A stretch of 64,000 nucleotides of DNA from Hydrolagus colliei (taxonomy: Eukaryota). Position 1 is the stretch's first letter; the number at the start of each line of letters is the position of its first letter. The position numbers and the translations under genes are program-made. The stretch spans positions 41,912,001-41,976,000 of the forward strand of contig CM068745.1 of assembly GCA_035084275.1 (NCBI GenBank). Direction: 5' to 3'. Under the pieces are notes generated by a model. The model did not search any database, was not told the DNA's origin, and was given only the letters and a program-made list of their open reading frames with translations. Shown here one piece after another: positions 36,686-50,397 of the stretch.

Positions 36686-37834
36686 TTCCTGATTGGCTTT
36701 GAGATGTGGAGAGAGCAGCCTTGAACAGCCTTGAACGCTGAAGAATCAATTCAATTCTGTTAACCCATTGAAGCCAACTCAGCTCTAAAGCGACCCAATC
36801 AACCCTTTGCGCTTGGCATTTCCAATGCCAAGCGCAAAGGGGTCCTGGAATACTTTATCCGTCAGATACATAATAACAACAAACAAAATTGCATATATAG
36901 AGTGCCTTTCAGGTTGGGAGGATATCCCAAGACATCCCACATCCACTTGTCTTCCTCCTGCTCCTCCCTCCACCCCACAAATTTCAGACCCATCTCAAAC
37001 CTACCCCTCCTAGCCAACGTGTTGGAACACATCATTGTAAATGAACATCGCTGACACATCTCCTTCCACTACCTACTCAAACTCCTCCAATCCATAGCAC
37101 AACAGAGACAGCGCTCATCAAACAACATCCACTACGTGACTAGAACTCCTGCTGTCTCCTCAATCTTCTGGATCTCTCCACTGAGTTCATCACAGTCGAT
37201 CATGTCACCCTCTTCCACCGTCTCTCCATCCTCTTCCACCTAAGTGGGATCGCACTCACGTGGCTCAAGTCCAACCTAAGAAACTACCAACAATGCATAT
37301 CAGCAAATGGTTTTTCCTCTCAACTCTGCTCTTTCACCTGTGCGATATCCAATTCTCCATGGTTCACCCCCTTCCTTCTCTTCTCTGTATATTCCCTCAT
37401 GGCGATGTCACCCACATACATGGGATCAATTTCCACATGAACACAAATGACACTATTAGAGAAAGACCCAAGCACTGATCTTAACTGTTTGGGTTCCAAA
37501 ATAACTGATGATACCGTATTGGTTGAAGCTTGTTACTTATGTGAATACACTATAAGCCATTACAAACATAAACGGAACAATAAAACTGGGCGACTGTTGT
37601 CTTTGTGTTCTTTCACGCCCTGTAGGTGTTCCGGAGAGCTCTAAAAATCACAGCAAAATTCCCATGTCTTATACCCTTATTAGGAGTGTTATTCCTCTTC
37701 CCCCACATATACATTATCATAATTAAATCAGCCAGTTGATCACTTGGACATTCTCCAGAAAGTATGTCAAACCAAGACAATTTAAAAGCCAGGGTTGCAG
37801 GGAGTTGTTATTCAACTCCTCCTTTTATCTTATA

Positions 37835-38215
37835 ACCAATCTACTCTCACCCTACACGCCCACCCGGACCCTCCGTTCAACAGGACTTGGCCTGCTCCAA
37901 GCCCCCCGCCCAAACCGCCCCACCATCGGAGGCCGGGCCTTCAGTTTCTCTGCTCCCACCTTATGGAATGCCATCCCTCAATCCCTCCGTTTCGCCTCTT
38001 CCCTTTCCTCTTTCAAGGCCGGTTTGAAGACTTTCCTCTTCGATCATGCCTTTTGTTCCACTCCGAACTCTTTTACCTCCCCTTCGTGTTTCACCCCTTC
38101 CCAAACACTCCCCTCCCAGCTCGGGTCACACGCCTCTTGTTCAGCGCCTTGGGACGTCCTCCCGACGTGAAAGGCGCTCTATAAATGTAAATTTTTGTTG
38201 TTGTTGTTGTTGTTG
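37835..38215 (+). mobile_element. Young L2 3' fragment
   Basis: LLSPYTPTRTLRSTGLGLL..TIGGRAFSFSAPTLWNAIP; (GTT)n tail. Confidence 0.85.
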
Positions 38216-38782
38216 TACCAGTCTCAATGTACTCTCTTGCTTTCTTTTCATCCATAAAGCCACAATGCTTCAAGGCCACTTTAAGATGAACTAAAGCTGA
38301 AGTAATTACTGAAATTCTCTCATCAATTAGCAGTTTGGGGAGTGTGTGCAATAAGAGGGAACACTTGGAGAAACCTGTTAATTGTGTGTGTGTGTGCACA
38401 TATGCACAACTACCCATACAATTGTCTTAATAATCATATTCCTTACTGCTTCTTATAAAATGAATATGTTTTCTAATTATATTGCAAAGCATCTATCAGG
38501 ACAACACCCAAATCTACTTCCTACAGCTGAATGTCGACAAGATGGAAGCCATTGGCTCCTGTCAACACCTTCTCTCCTGCGTCTGATCTCCTCAACCTCT
38601 CGGGATCTACCTCAGAATCAACAAACCCTTGTACAATATAGAGTCAGGTTTGATTCCCAGCTTCCTTTTCTACCCCCCCATTGGTTCCATTACCAAGATC
38701 GTTTGTATGCATCTTGGTCACATTGCCTGGTCCTTTCGTACCACATAGCCAATGTAGCTGAAAATCTTTAACATGCCTGAGC

Positions 38783-39118
38783 TCCTGTGGCTCAGTGGTT
38801 AGAGCACTTGTCTTGCAAGCTGGGGAGACCAAGCTGGGGAGACCTGTGTTCGAATCCAGGCAGGTCAGGGCGAAACCTTGGGCAAGTTTCCTTACTCCAC
38901 ATGCCTAATAATAATCCCTCAAAAAAAACTCACAAAAATAAAATTGGTCTTTTAATCCACGACTGTGTGTGGGACACTGCTGTGCACAATTGGCTGCCGC
39001 AATTCACCCACAAATATATACAGTCAATTCACTTTACAGTATATTCTTTGAAGCGCTTTGGGACGTTGATAAAATGTGGAAAGCGCTATTTCAAATGCAA
39101 GGATTATTATTATTATTA
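38783..39118 (+). mobile_element. Deu-core-like tRNA SINE, full length
   Basis: ggctcagtggttagagc A-box and gttcgaatcc B-box; core; (att)n tail. Confidence 0.8.
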
Positions 39119-40783
39119 TGATGCCTAAGTCACTTCACAGCTGGACTATTTTCACTGGTCTTCCCACCACCACCATACATAAAATTCAATGAATCCCACA
39201 CTCCACCGCCTTACCCGTATTACACCAGTCCTTCCCAGGCAATTACCGAGCTGATCGATTTCAAGATCTTCTCACTCATTTTCAAATCACATCATGCCTC
39301 ACACCTCCTTACCTACCTGATCTGTTTACCCCGAACTCCACCACCCGCTGTCGCCGCTCAGCTGACTGTGGCCTCCTGTTTGTCCCTCGGGAGGAAAAAC
39401 CATGTCAGAGCCATGCTTTCAGCTGCTGCACCCTGAATCTCTGGAACTCTCTCCGTCAATCCTGCTCCATCCCCGCCTCCTAATCCTGCATGTAGAATTT
39501 GCTTTTCAGTTGTGCTTTGCCACCTCACCCCCATCCCGGGGCATCAGACTCCGCTACTGTCAGGAGTTCCAGGATTCTACCCCATATGAAGAGCACTATA
39601 TAAATGCACGTTATTGTTAGATATACATACTCGTGTTTAAAGCCTTACATGGTGCCAGCCACACGTGCTGTTCTAGAGTTCCAAGTTCAATACCAGTATT
39701 TAAATCAAAATGCTTACACCACGCCTCATACGAGATGTTTGCCGTAAATTGGAGTTGAGGTACAGATCAGCCATCATCTAATAGATTGGTGGAACAGACT
39801 TGATGGGCTGAATGGTCTATGTCTGTTCCTATTTAAAACCAATTCTACCTCCAGTGGATTGAGCGATAAATCAAACTTTGTTGTAACTCTACATCCGTGT
39901 ATATGCTTACTACAGTATTTTAATCATAATTCCCTTTCTCTTCATGGTCTTAGAGATTGTTAATGGGCATTAAAGATTCCATGCCACTATTGGAACATAA
40001 GGGATTTGATTCCCACAATCCCTAAACAAATTAGTCACTTCATTCATTGCAGTTTGTGGGACATTGCTGTGTGCGAATTGGCTGCTGTGTTATCTTAAAA
40101 ATCCAATAAATATTGTGTAGTGCTTTCAAACATTTTGTTAATGTGATCAAATGCTAAATCAATTACAAGGATTGTTATTATGATTGCATACTGTGCTGTA
40201 AGCATTCCACAATTCCATGATACTGTGGGTGCACCTGCACTGACTAGCAGCATTTGAGTGTATTCATTTCACTATATTGTGTGGTGTGCGAATCAAAACA
40301 ATCACTTATTGTAATTGAAGATTGGATCATTTTTATTAAAAATGTTTACTAAAACTACATGCTATAAAAATATCTTTAAAAAGCATTGCCATCCAAATCA
40401 ATTTCAAATTGAAAATGAAAAGTCAGAAAAAGTGTGGATTGACAGAACAAGTTGAAGAAAATAATAACTATTCTAATGTTCGACCACATATTTACAAACC
40501 AAAGCTTTCCATGAACACAAGTAAAGTTATTCAGGATTGATATATAGACTTTTTGAAAGATTTGAACACATCACCAATTGAAATTGAACAGTAAAATATG
40601 AAGGAAAGAGATTTAATAGGTTGGATCAGTAATATTATATCAGAACAGTATTTGTTACAAGTTTGTTTTTTGGATATTAGCGAATGAAAAGAAGAAAAAA
40701 CATGAAGATTCCAACAGCAAATGTGAAAGATATTTTACAACAAAGAAAACTTAATTTGTCTACTCTGTTGACTTTTAATAAGT

Positions 40784-41207
40784 TTAAACAACAAATTTTT
40801 CCTGCAATGAACGTTTACAGCTCTTTTCCTTTCTGTCACATGGTGCCTTAGATAAGTCCGGAAATGGACTTTTACGTAAATGCAAACTAGGCGTTGAAGG
40901 ACTTATAGTCACACATATGTGGTGGGTAAATTCACACAATGTTTCGTAAGGTGAGCTATTTCGACTGTGACAGGTTACATTTCTATGATATATAGGAGAT
41001 TTCCCATTCAATGTTACTTTGTCAGGAGAATAATTTTGAACTTTTAAAGGAGAGAATACTTCTTTGATACTCTGGCTAAAACGAGATATAAAGCTTTCTT
41101 CAGCTGGATCTTTTAGGTTATTAAAGTGCTCCAAAATGCCATTCTCTGGTATTGTTGTTGGTGTCTTGGTAATTGGAGGAATACCTGGTCCCTTGTTCCA
41201 AATCAAA
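40784..41207 (-). CDS. CD200: CD200-like copy C exon 5, long cytoplasmic tail
   Basis: ..ctcattgatcacag| acceptor, phase 2; ORF 40784..41206; homologous to the A tail. Total 1239 nt (412 aa). Confidence 0.82.
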
Positions 41208-41616
41208 CTGTGATCAATGAGGGAAGAGAAAAATAGTCAACATATCAATCAAATTATAATATAAGATGAATACAAACTCTGGCTAACTGTCTCATTCTCA
41301 GAATATCTATCGAACAGATACAACAGAATTAGTTCAACATCCAAATGCATCCTCCTATTTGAGGGCATTTATTCTTAAGTCCAGCAACAATTATTCGATC
41401 TCACTGATATTGTTGGAATGCAATGCGCACTCACCCACTGGGGAGATGCATCCTGCTTACCTAATTCTACAAATTTTTAGGAGCAGGTTGGCAAGAGACA
41501 AGGCTTGGGAAATCGAGTGTGCATTTTGGTACTGCTGGATTCTAACCAGCTAAAACTGGTACTGCTGGAGTCTAACCAGCCATAACTTGCCATTGAAATT
41601 GCAAACTTTTCAGTTA

Positions 41617-41704
41617 CCCAGGTAGCAAGCCCATGTGGGGCCCATATGGGCATGGATCAACCCAAATTGGCCCATATGGGGCCCATATGGGCTTGCTACC
41701 TGGT
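41617..41704. mobile_element. Short foldback MITE in the last intron of copy C
   Basis: CCAGGTAGCAAGCCCATGTGGGGCCCATATGGGC is inverted-repeated after a short spacer; TA on both flanks; absent in A and B. Confidence 0.75.
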
Positions 41705-42354
41705 TACTTATATAGCTAGGATCACAAAAGAGTTTTGTCTTGCTTGGTTAATAGGAACTGAGTGGGTTGGCTCCCTGCCTCCAGTGACTGGTCTTCCCTT
41801 CCAGGTCTTGCTGATGAGCCAGCCTGGCTGTGCTCTGGAATACTATGGACCCGCCTGGCTCAGGAACCAGCCTACCGACACTGACATTCCATTACCAGGC
41901 ATGTCACCTTGCTGACAGTGTGGCTCATAGAAAACTCCACTTATCTCCTTCCCAACAAATCCACCTCACTGCTTGATCCTGAACATCACAGATGGGTCGG
42001 GAGACATCACTTGGCTCCATCCCAGGAGCACAGATACATAACTAATGACTGTTGCCTACAGGTATTGTGTGCCACAAGCTTGGCCTGGGACCTTGCTGTC
42101 CTGAAGAACATGACCAGAGTGCTCTTCCCCTTCTCAGCACTATGCTACAGGACATGCTGAAGTTCGTGAGCACCACAATCCCGAGGTAACAACACATTAC
42201 ATTTGCACAGCTCGTTTCACATTTGTAAGATGTCTCAAATGTACTGGAGAGACAGAGATCCGCATTCAGTCTGGTAGTTGGGATTAGTTGGTTTGGAGGG
42301 CTTGGCGGGTAAATATCGAAGGGTGACCTAAAGCACAATTGAAGAGGGGGGTTT

Positions 42355-42458
42355 TCAGATGGGCAGTGAAGGAGACAAGGGACTTTGGGATGGAGATTCT
42401 TTTTTGAGAGTTTTGATTTCCTTTTTTGCAAGGTCCCAAGTACAATCCCTAATCTCCA
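42355..42458 (-). CDS. Copy C candidate alternative last exon (VEIRDCTWDLAKKEIKTLKKESPSQSPLSPSLPI*)
   Basis: Homologue of the A and B exons with a frame-preserving +6 nt; second donor CAG|gtaatt at 42603. Confidence 0.35.
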
Positions 42459-42622
42459 CTAAATTAACTGATTTCAATTGAGAGGTCCTGGACATGCTTC
42501 AGTTGCTCTCAATGCTGAGGATTTGTTCTCAATTTGTTTAGATATTTTAAAGGAAGCAAGACATTTGTACAAAGCAATATAAGGAAATATAACAGAAATT
42601 ACCTGCCCTGCGGAATACATAC

Positions 42623-42737
42623 CTTTTGAAATCATTCAATTTATTTCTCCAATTCCAGATCACCAGACATACCACTACTATAATAAGTATGGCAAAAGGA
42701 ATCAAAATAGGTAATTTCATTCTCCATTGATCTGAAG
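42623..42737 (-). CDS. CD200: CD200-like copy C exon 4, transmembrane
   Basis: LPILIPFAILIIVVVCLVIWNWRNK (ORF 42547..42771); AG|gtatgt phase-2 donor. Confidence 0.85.
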
Positions 42738-43730
42738 CTGTAAGTAAAATATTGGAAAACGTATTATACAATAAACCTGGAAATGTGGCATATTACTGCA
42801 CTTGGCTGCATCAATAACTAGTTGATAAAAGATAACAATCAATAGAAAAATCTCACTCAGTATGAGGAGCAATGATGGATGAATTTCCACACCATTTTGT
42901 AATATGATATTAAGTGTTTCCAGAAACATGTATGGCATTTGGACCAACCAAGCTTATATGCCAAGAAATAGCAAATTAATTTTTATGTATTTATGCAATG
43001 AAACTAAGTCCATTAGCAGATATGAACCAAAATTCTGCAGATTTGAGAATTCTACTGGTCGAAAGAGTGTTCTTTGGGAGAATTAGGAAAATCCAAGTGA
43101 ATTGGCTTGATGGAAAAATAGTGTTTTGTATTTTTAAATGTTAACCATTTATATTATACAGAAGCGACTTGTCCCAATAGTAATCCTCAAGACCACAGAT
43201 AGAATATTATGTATACATTTACATGAATAATTAAAGAATATAAATATCCTTAACAGAAGGAATATAAAATCCATAGAAATGCTTCATAGAAATGAATCCA
43301 TAGATCCATTAGGATGTTCCCTACCGTTCACTGTTAGAATTAAAGGCATTTTCATTAGAGCAAATGCTCATAAGTGACCCAATAGAGATCTTTTGTACTG
43401 TGAACTGATATGAAAGGGGACTCATCCCATTTGGCATGAATGTAGTTGAAGCATGCTCCATAAGTTCTTTAAAAATTAATTTGATAGATTCCAAAAGAGA
43501 AGGAATAATAATAATATCACATTGCTTTATCTAGTCTTCAAGACAGCTCAAACAGTTTCACAGAATAATGACTGACTATATTTTGTGGGTGAATATTAAA
43601 AGTTATTGGAACAAACAAGAGTTTGATAATGTTCAGGTGGAGAAAATCACCAGGGTAGACTTGTTGGCTGAAAGTATTTCCGCAGTAACATAGCACAATT
43701 CTATGATGAATTATGAACAGGAATACATAC

Positions 43731-44036
43731 ATGTTGTTTTAAGAAAATCCTCTAAAATGATTGCCTTTTCCAGAGCTGGGTGTTTCACCACACAGATCAC
43801 TTTACAATCAGCAGCATCAGTTGTAGCCACCGTCAGATTGCTTGTGATCTTTACTCTTCCGTCGAGCACCATTGTTGAGGATTGGGTGGACAGTACCTTC
43901 ACATTGCCCATTGTATCCCACATGATCACTGGGGCTGGTCGTCCAGTGGCTGAACAAGTCGCCACAAAACCATGATAACCATTTTTGTTTGCAGCAGCGT
44001 CAATGGGACTGAACTGTAGAATTGGTTCAGGCATCA
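43731..44036 (-). CDS. CD200: CD200-like copy C exon 3, IgC domain
   Basis: ORF 43711..44109; TCSATGRPAPVIMW..VICVVKHP; 306 nt. Confidence 0.88.
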
Positions 44037-44600
44037 CTTGTGATGGAAGAAAAGGAAAAATGGTAAATAATATAATAAATCTGAATCTATCATTTGTTAC
44101 TGTTGTCATTCATTGTTGGTATCACTAAAAAACCTGTAAAGAAACATACACCATTTTATACTTTACTGAGACATTGTAAGCAATATGGGATGTCAAATCC
44201 CTTTCACATTGTGAAGAACCATCAGCTGTAAATCTCTGTGATATAGCAGTTAATGTTCTTTGATATAAATTCTTTAAAATTTTAATTTTTACATAAATTT
44301 GATATATATTGTGGTAATAGTTAATATTTTGCATAACAAGATACAACCACAAAGTTAGCTTCAACTATTTAGACATATAAGAGACGCTTAACAGCAAATA
44401 CCAATTCTTGCCCATATCAAAAAGTGGGTCACGTCAACCTCAGTCCCCAAATAATCCACTTTTCCCTATTGAAGTACCTACAGATTGATATAGCACTTCT
44501 AATTACCAGCAATCAATATTAGCAACTCTCATTTAAAATAGATATTAAACACAATTCTTCATATTTGTTCACATTCATATTTTTTAAAATCAGCACCTAC

Positions 44601-44939
44601 CATGCACTGAAAGGCAAGTCTTCCCAAATTTTGTTCCATCTGGGAATGTATTGAAAAGACATCGATAACATCCTTCATCTTCAAACCTCAATTCAGAAAG
44701 ATTAATTATGGACTCCGTTACTTCTGATGGGATGAAAGTTGCTCTACCTTCAAATGATCCAACTATATTTGATCCATATGTTTTACTAAAAGTAGCTATG
44801 TTTTTTTCAGAATGACCATTTAACTTTTGCCAGGTAACTTGCAAAACGTTGTCTGACCCCATTAATGCACATTTGATGGTAACATTACCCCCTAAAATCG
44901 CTTCGTGATTTGCAAGTATTTTGACTTCCTGTGCTGAAC
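44601..44939 (-). CDS. CD200: CD200-like copy C exon 2, IgV domain
   Basis: QVTWQKLNGHSEKNIATFSKTYG..EDEGCYRCLFNTFPDG..GKTCLSV; 339 nt, phase 1-1. Confidence 0.9.
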
Positions 44940-45304
44940 CTGTAACACAAAGAAAGTATTCTGAACATACATTCTTTTCAGATTAAAATCTGTGCTCATT
45001 TTATACAGTACTGTACTTTAAAATAATAACTTTTGCTAGACTTGGGTGAACACAAGAAACAAAAGTGTAGGAAACAAATTTATTTTCCGACCGTAGCGCA
45101 ATCCTACAAATCCTTGCATTGATATAGCGTTGTTCTTGATTTATATCAAATAACTTCATAGTACGAGCAGTAACTGTCTCCAAGGTGAACCGACTGATCG
45201 AATTCAGGTCTCCTGTTCAATTCCCATATCTCTAAGTATTTATCCTCCTGCGATATCAATATAATCCATGAACACGTATTTGGTCACAAATTATATCCCG
45301 ACCA

Positions 45305-46510
45305 TCTGTGGCCAGCGCTCCCTCTGCCTCCTTGACCTATCCGCCGCCTTCAACACTGTGGACAACTCAATTCTCCTCCACCGACTCTCCTCCCACCCCA
45401 ACCTTCAATGGTTTTCCTCCAGGCCCCACGTCGTCTCGGGCGGCGTTCCTCAGAGTTCTGTCCTTGATCTCCTCCTATTCACCCTCTGCATGCTCCATCT
45501 TGGTGACATCATCCGCAGATATGGGGTAAATTTCCACATGTACGCGAATAACACCCAACTCTAACTTTCCACTTCCACCCTCAACTCAAGGACTAACGGC
45601 GTCTTTCCTGGCTGCCTGCCATCGACTCCTAGATGAGACAACGTTCTCGAGTTGAATGTCCGCAAGACTGAGGCCCTCCTGATTGGCTCGCGTCAGTGCC
45701 TCCACACCTCAGGTGCTGACAGCATCAGCATCCAAGGCTACACTCTCTACCTCTCAAAGCCAGTCAGGAATCTGGACTTCTTGTTTGACCCTGAATAGTC
45801 CTTCCTACCCCATATCCCCGCCATGACCAGTACTATCTTCCATTACCTTCACAACATCGCCAGACTCCACCACTGCCTCAACCCTCAGGCTGCCGAAATT
45901 CTAGTCCACACATTTCTCACATCAAGGTGCATCTATGGAAACTCCCTCCTCGTCGGCTTTTCTGGCTCTTCCCTTCACAAGCGGCAGATCTTCCAGAACT
46001 CTACAGCTCACGTCCTCTCCCGCACCAAGCTCCGCGACCACAACACTCCCACCCTTGCCTGGCTCCACTGGCTCCGCATCCGCCAGCGAATCGAATTCAA
46101 GATCTTCATCCTCACTTTCAAGGCTATTCACAGCCTTGCCTCCTACCTTACTGACCTGCTGTCCCCCTATGAAACTGCATGCCCCACTCCATTCAGCGGG
46201 CTCTGGTCTGCTCCATGTCCCCCACCCAGCCCGCCCTACCATTGGCGGAAGGACTTTCAGCCTCTCTGCCCCCATAATCTGGAACTCCATCCCACAGTCC
46301 CTTCGCCTCGCTTCCTCCCTTGCCTTCTTCAAGGTTGGTCCCAAGACCCTCCTCTTCGAGAGTGCTTCTGCTGCCTTCCCAACTCTCTCTCTCCCATCCT
46401 ATCTCTCTCCCACACCCCCTACTCTGCTTGGGTCCCGACCTGACTGTTCATTGCTTTGGGATGGCCTCCCCACATGAAAGGCGCTTTATAAATGTAATTT
46501 TGTTGTTGTT
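45305..46510 (+). mobile_element. L2 fragment in intron 1 of copy C
   Basis: LLDLSAAFNTVD, HMYANNTQL and LHWLRIRQRIEFKIF motifs. Confidence 0.85.
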
Positions 46511-46767
46511 GTTTGCTCTTGCTCTTGGAATCCCACTCTTTTTTGAGACTAGCCTGACCTCTGAGATTGCCCACAAGTATTAATATTATTATTAAATAAA
46601 TAATAATAAATTTAGAATTTGATACTGCATGTTTGAATCATCTCAAATCACTTCAATTAGTTGCTGTGCAAGCGTTTGTGTAAAGCAAGTGTTTTCTGGA
46701 TCGATTTGAGAACCAAATTTAACAAAAACTAAAGTGTTACCTTTTTTCAAAGTATTTACTGAAAACT

Positions 46768-47590
46768 ACAACAACAAAATTACAGCGCCTTTCACGTCGA
46801 GAGGATGTCCCAAGCCACTGAACAGTCAAGGGTCAGGACCCGAGCATGGTGGGGTGTGGGGGGCCAAGGTTGGGATGAGTGAGGGCAGAGAGGTAGAACG
46901 GCGACTGAAGGAACGGTGAAAGAGAAGGGTCTTGAGACCAGTCTTGAAGGAGGTAAGCAAGGAAGCAAGTTGAAGGGATTGTGGGATGGAGTTCCAAATT
47001 GTAGGGGGAAGAGAGGCTGAAAGCCTGGCCGCCAATGGTAGAGTGGGAGACATGAAGCAGGCTGGAGCATGCTGAATGGTGGGAGTGGACAGGTTGTTAG
47101 GGAGTCAGCAGGTCAGTGAGGTGGGAGGAGTCAAAGCCTTGGAGGGCCTTGAAGGTGAGGACAAGGATCTTGCATTTAATCCTCTGAGGAATGGAGAACC
47201 AGGGGACCTGGGCAAGGGTGGAGGTGATGAAGTCATGGACTCTAGTGTGGGAAAGGACACGAGCTGCAGAGTTTAGATGATCTGTGGAGCTTATGGAGGA
47301 AAGAGTTGGGAGGCCGACAAGGAGGAAGTTGCCGTAGTCGAGCCTTGAGGTGACAAGGGTGTAAGGGTTTGAGCGGTCGGAGAGTTGAGGTAGTGATCGA
47401 GACGAGTTATATTGCTGAGGTGGTGGAAGGCAGTGCTGGTCATGGCACGGATATGTAGGAGGAAGGATAGCTTAGGATCAAACATTCCACCCAGGTTCCT
47501 GACTGGCTTGGTGAGGTGCAGAGTGCAGCCGTGGATACTGATGCTGCCAGGGCCTGAGGTGCAAAGGCACTGACGAGAGCCTATCGGGAG
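46768..47590 (-). mobile_element. L2 fragment
   Basis: Antisense L2 ORF2 end motifs. Confidence 0.8.
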
Positions 47591-47599
47591 GGCCTCAAT

Positions 47600-48178
47600 T
47601 TTGAATGTCAACAAGACATTCTTGCATCAGGCGCTGGATTCATCAACCTCCATGGTTGCACACTCAACCTCACCAAGCTAGTCAGGAACCTAGGTGGCTT
47701 GATCGACCCTCAACTGTCTTTCCTGCCCCACATCCAAGCAATAACTCGCTCTGCCTTTCCCCACCTCCACAACATTCCCCGACTCCACCACTACCTCTGC
47801 AGCTCGTGTCCTTTATCGTGACCCCATCATTGTTGGCCAACTCCATTGGCTCCCATCAACCAGAGGAACCAATTCAAGATCCTGGTCCTCACATTTAAAG
47901 CCCTCCACAACTTCGCCCACCCTAAATCCATGACCTTCTTTCTCCTTACCAACCTATCCCCCCCTCCGCTCAGTAGGCTCTGGCCTGCTCCACGTTCCCA
48001 ACCCACCCACCCCACTATTGGCGGGTGAGCCTTCAGCCACTCTGCCCCCAACCTCTGGAACTCCGCAGTCCATCTGCCTCACCCCCTTCAAGTCTGGCTT
48101 CCTTCAAGTCTTGGAGCGCTCCGAGATGCCGTTCACCTTGGAGGGCGCTATATAAATCCAAGTTGTTGTTGTTGTTAC
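47600..48178 (+). mobile_element. L2 fragment
   Basis: FKILVLTFKALH..TIGG motif and (gtt)n tail. Confidence 0.8.
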
Positions 48179-49408
48179 TTAACATGTTGGAATGCACTGA
48201 TAGCCACTCACGCTCCCTAATTTTTTATAGCGGGACATCAGTAGTCTGATGTGTTAAGATTTCATCATGAAACTAGTTTGCCAATTACAGTTTCAAGAAA
48301 AGTTGATAAAGTTTGCTTACCCCACATGCTTATGTTTACCTAGCAGTAAGTAGGAATACGGTAATCAATTGATGCGTCGCTATTCTGGGTAATAATTCCT
48401 TAACAAAACAAGAATAAACTGGTGACACAATCAACGACTGTTTGTGGGACACTGCAGTGCGCAATAGACTGCTAAGTTTCACTCACTTTACATATGTTCT
48501 TGAGGCTCTTTGAGATGTCTCGAGGAAGTGCAAGGATTATTATTATTATTTATCAATGTAACTACTCAATGCGATTTAGGTTTAAGCCATTGAATGGGGA
48601 AATGCAGATCATTTTAAATTTCCCGCGTTGGGCTCTCCAATCGGTCGAGTTAAAAAAGCTGTTGCTGAGTACAAATTTGCATTTATAGATGCATTTGACG
48701 TTGGGAGGGCGCCTCACGATGAAATCTCTCAATTCAGCAAACACTTGCTGCAGAATATGTATTCACCCATTCCTTCCTTGTGAAATACATGAACTTTGTT
48801 GAGAACTGTTATTGAGCATTGATACTGCATTGAGAACTGGATAAGGAATAGGAACATCAAGAGATAGGGAAAGACAGTTCCAGAAAATAGGACTGAGATT
48901 AAAGAGTGGATTTGAATAACTGTCAGTAGTGGCATATACAGCTGGGGCTAAAAATGTGTATATCCAGACCAGACCAAGGGCTCCAAATAATATAGATATG
49001 CCACCTAAACATGTGCCTTCTCCCCTCAGAGGGATGCACTCTGCTGATCTAGTTCTTGAAAATATTAGGAGAATGTTGGTAACAGTCAAGGTTTGGGGAT
49101 CCAAGAGTGCACATTTAAACCAGCTGAAAAGGAACAATTATTTTTCAAATTCATTTTCACCTTAAAGGATAACTTGTGTTTTAAAATACTAAAGATTTGC
49201 TAAAGCTTCAATTCCATTACCTTCTTATAAAGATATAATCACAGAATATTTTTGCATCATTTACGAATATCGTATTACCAGAGCAAACAATCGCAATGTC
49301 ATATTTCTGAATCGAAGTGTAAGATAATGCAGCTCTAATCTTGTCACACATTTTAAACATCTCCTAATGTTTCCCCTAAACTTTGTAAATAACACAGTGA
49401 AAACTTAC

Positions 49409-49463
49409 ACAAGTGTCCAGTGAAGATTTGCAAGATGATCACTTGGATGCCTAAAGTTTTCAT
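49409..49463 (-). CDS. CD200: CD200-like copy C exon 1, signal peptide (same peptide as copy A)
   Basis: 55 nt from ATG to T|gtaagt; followed by a ~4.5 kb TE-rich intron 1. Confidence 0.82.
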
Positions 49464-50397
49464 TATTCCCTGAACACCAGCTGTGAAACTGTGGCAAAAA
49501 CCTTTAAACTTCCTCACGTTTTATGTAGATTTGTAATTTGAATTATCCAATGAGAGACATGCATTTTACGAAACTGATTGTCTCAGTCACCAATTGGTTA
49601 CAACTGCAGATACTGTACAGGAATTAATGTTTAACCGCTGTGGGTGGGTTTGAATCCAGGATAATTAGACTTTGCAATGCAGTTTGGGGTCATTGGGAAA
49701 AGTGAACTCAAAAGGAGGTTTGAATTCAGTGATAAACCTGTAAATAATCCGTAACTTTCAAAATATGTTGCTCCCCCTTCGTTAAACTGCAGATAAACCA
49801 CGTGTATCTGAAATATGAAAGTGAATGTAAAATGATCCACTTGATGTTCTGTCGCAACAGAAACTTGTTAAAGTTAGTGGATGATCAGACCCAGCTCTTC
49901 CCCCACTCACTCCAGCAATAACTGGGTGTGAGGGACCAATTGAGAACACTATCAGGGACGCTAGCCATATACTGTAGGGCAGCTCTGTATTCCTTCAATC
50001 TTTTAATCTGAATATTAATTCCAGTTGAGCAGTAGATCAGATATTAACAGCTAAACTCTGGAGTTTACAAACAATAATTTGTGGGAAAACAGTTCGGGAA
50101 GTGGAGTCAGTTGCCAACACTGTTCACGCCTACTTGGCAATGACATTGATACTGTTCCTTGATTTTACAACAGGGAAGATCACTGGTTAACAAATCAAAT
50201 CAAAGGATGTACTATTTGAAAGATGCCACTGTAAACTAAAAAAACAATATAGTCTCCAGACTGATTCCAGCAAACTCGGCATGGAATGGGAATTGAGTCA
50301 ATGAGCTCTTAGTCTACAAACTCATCTGTACCCAATACACATTCTATAGCTACTTCTTCACCAGAGAAAAGGCATGTCAATGTTGGAAATCAAACTC

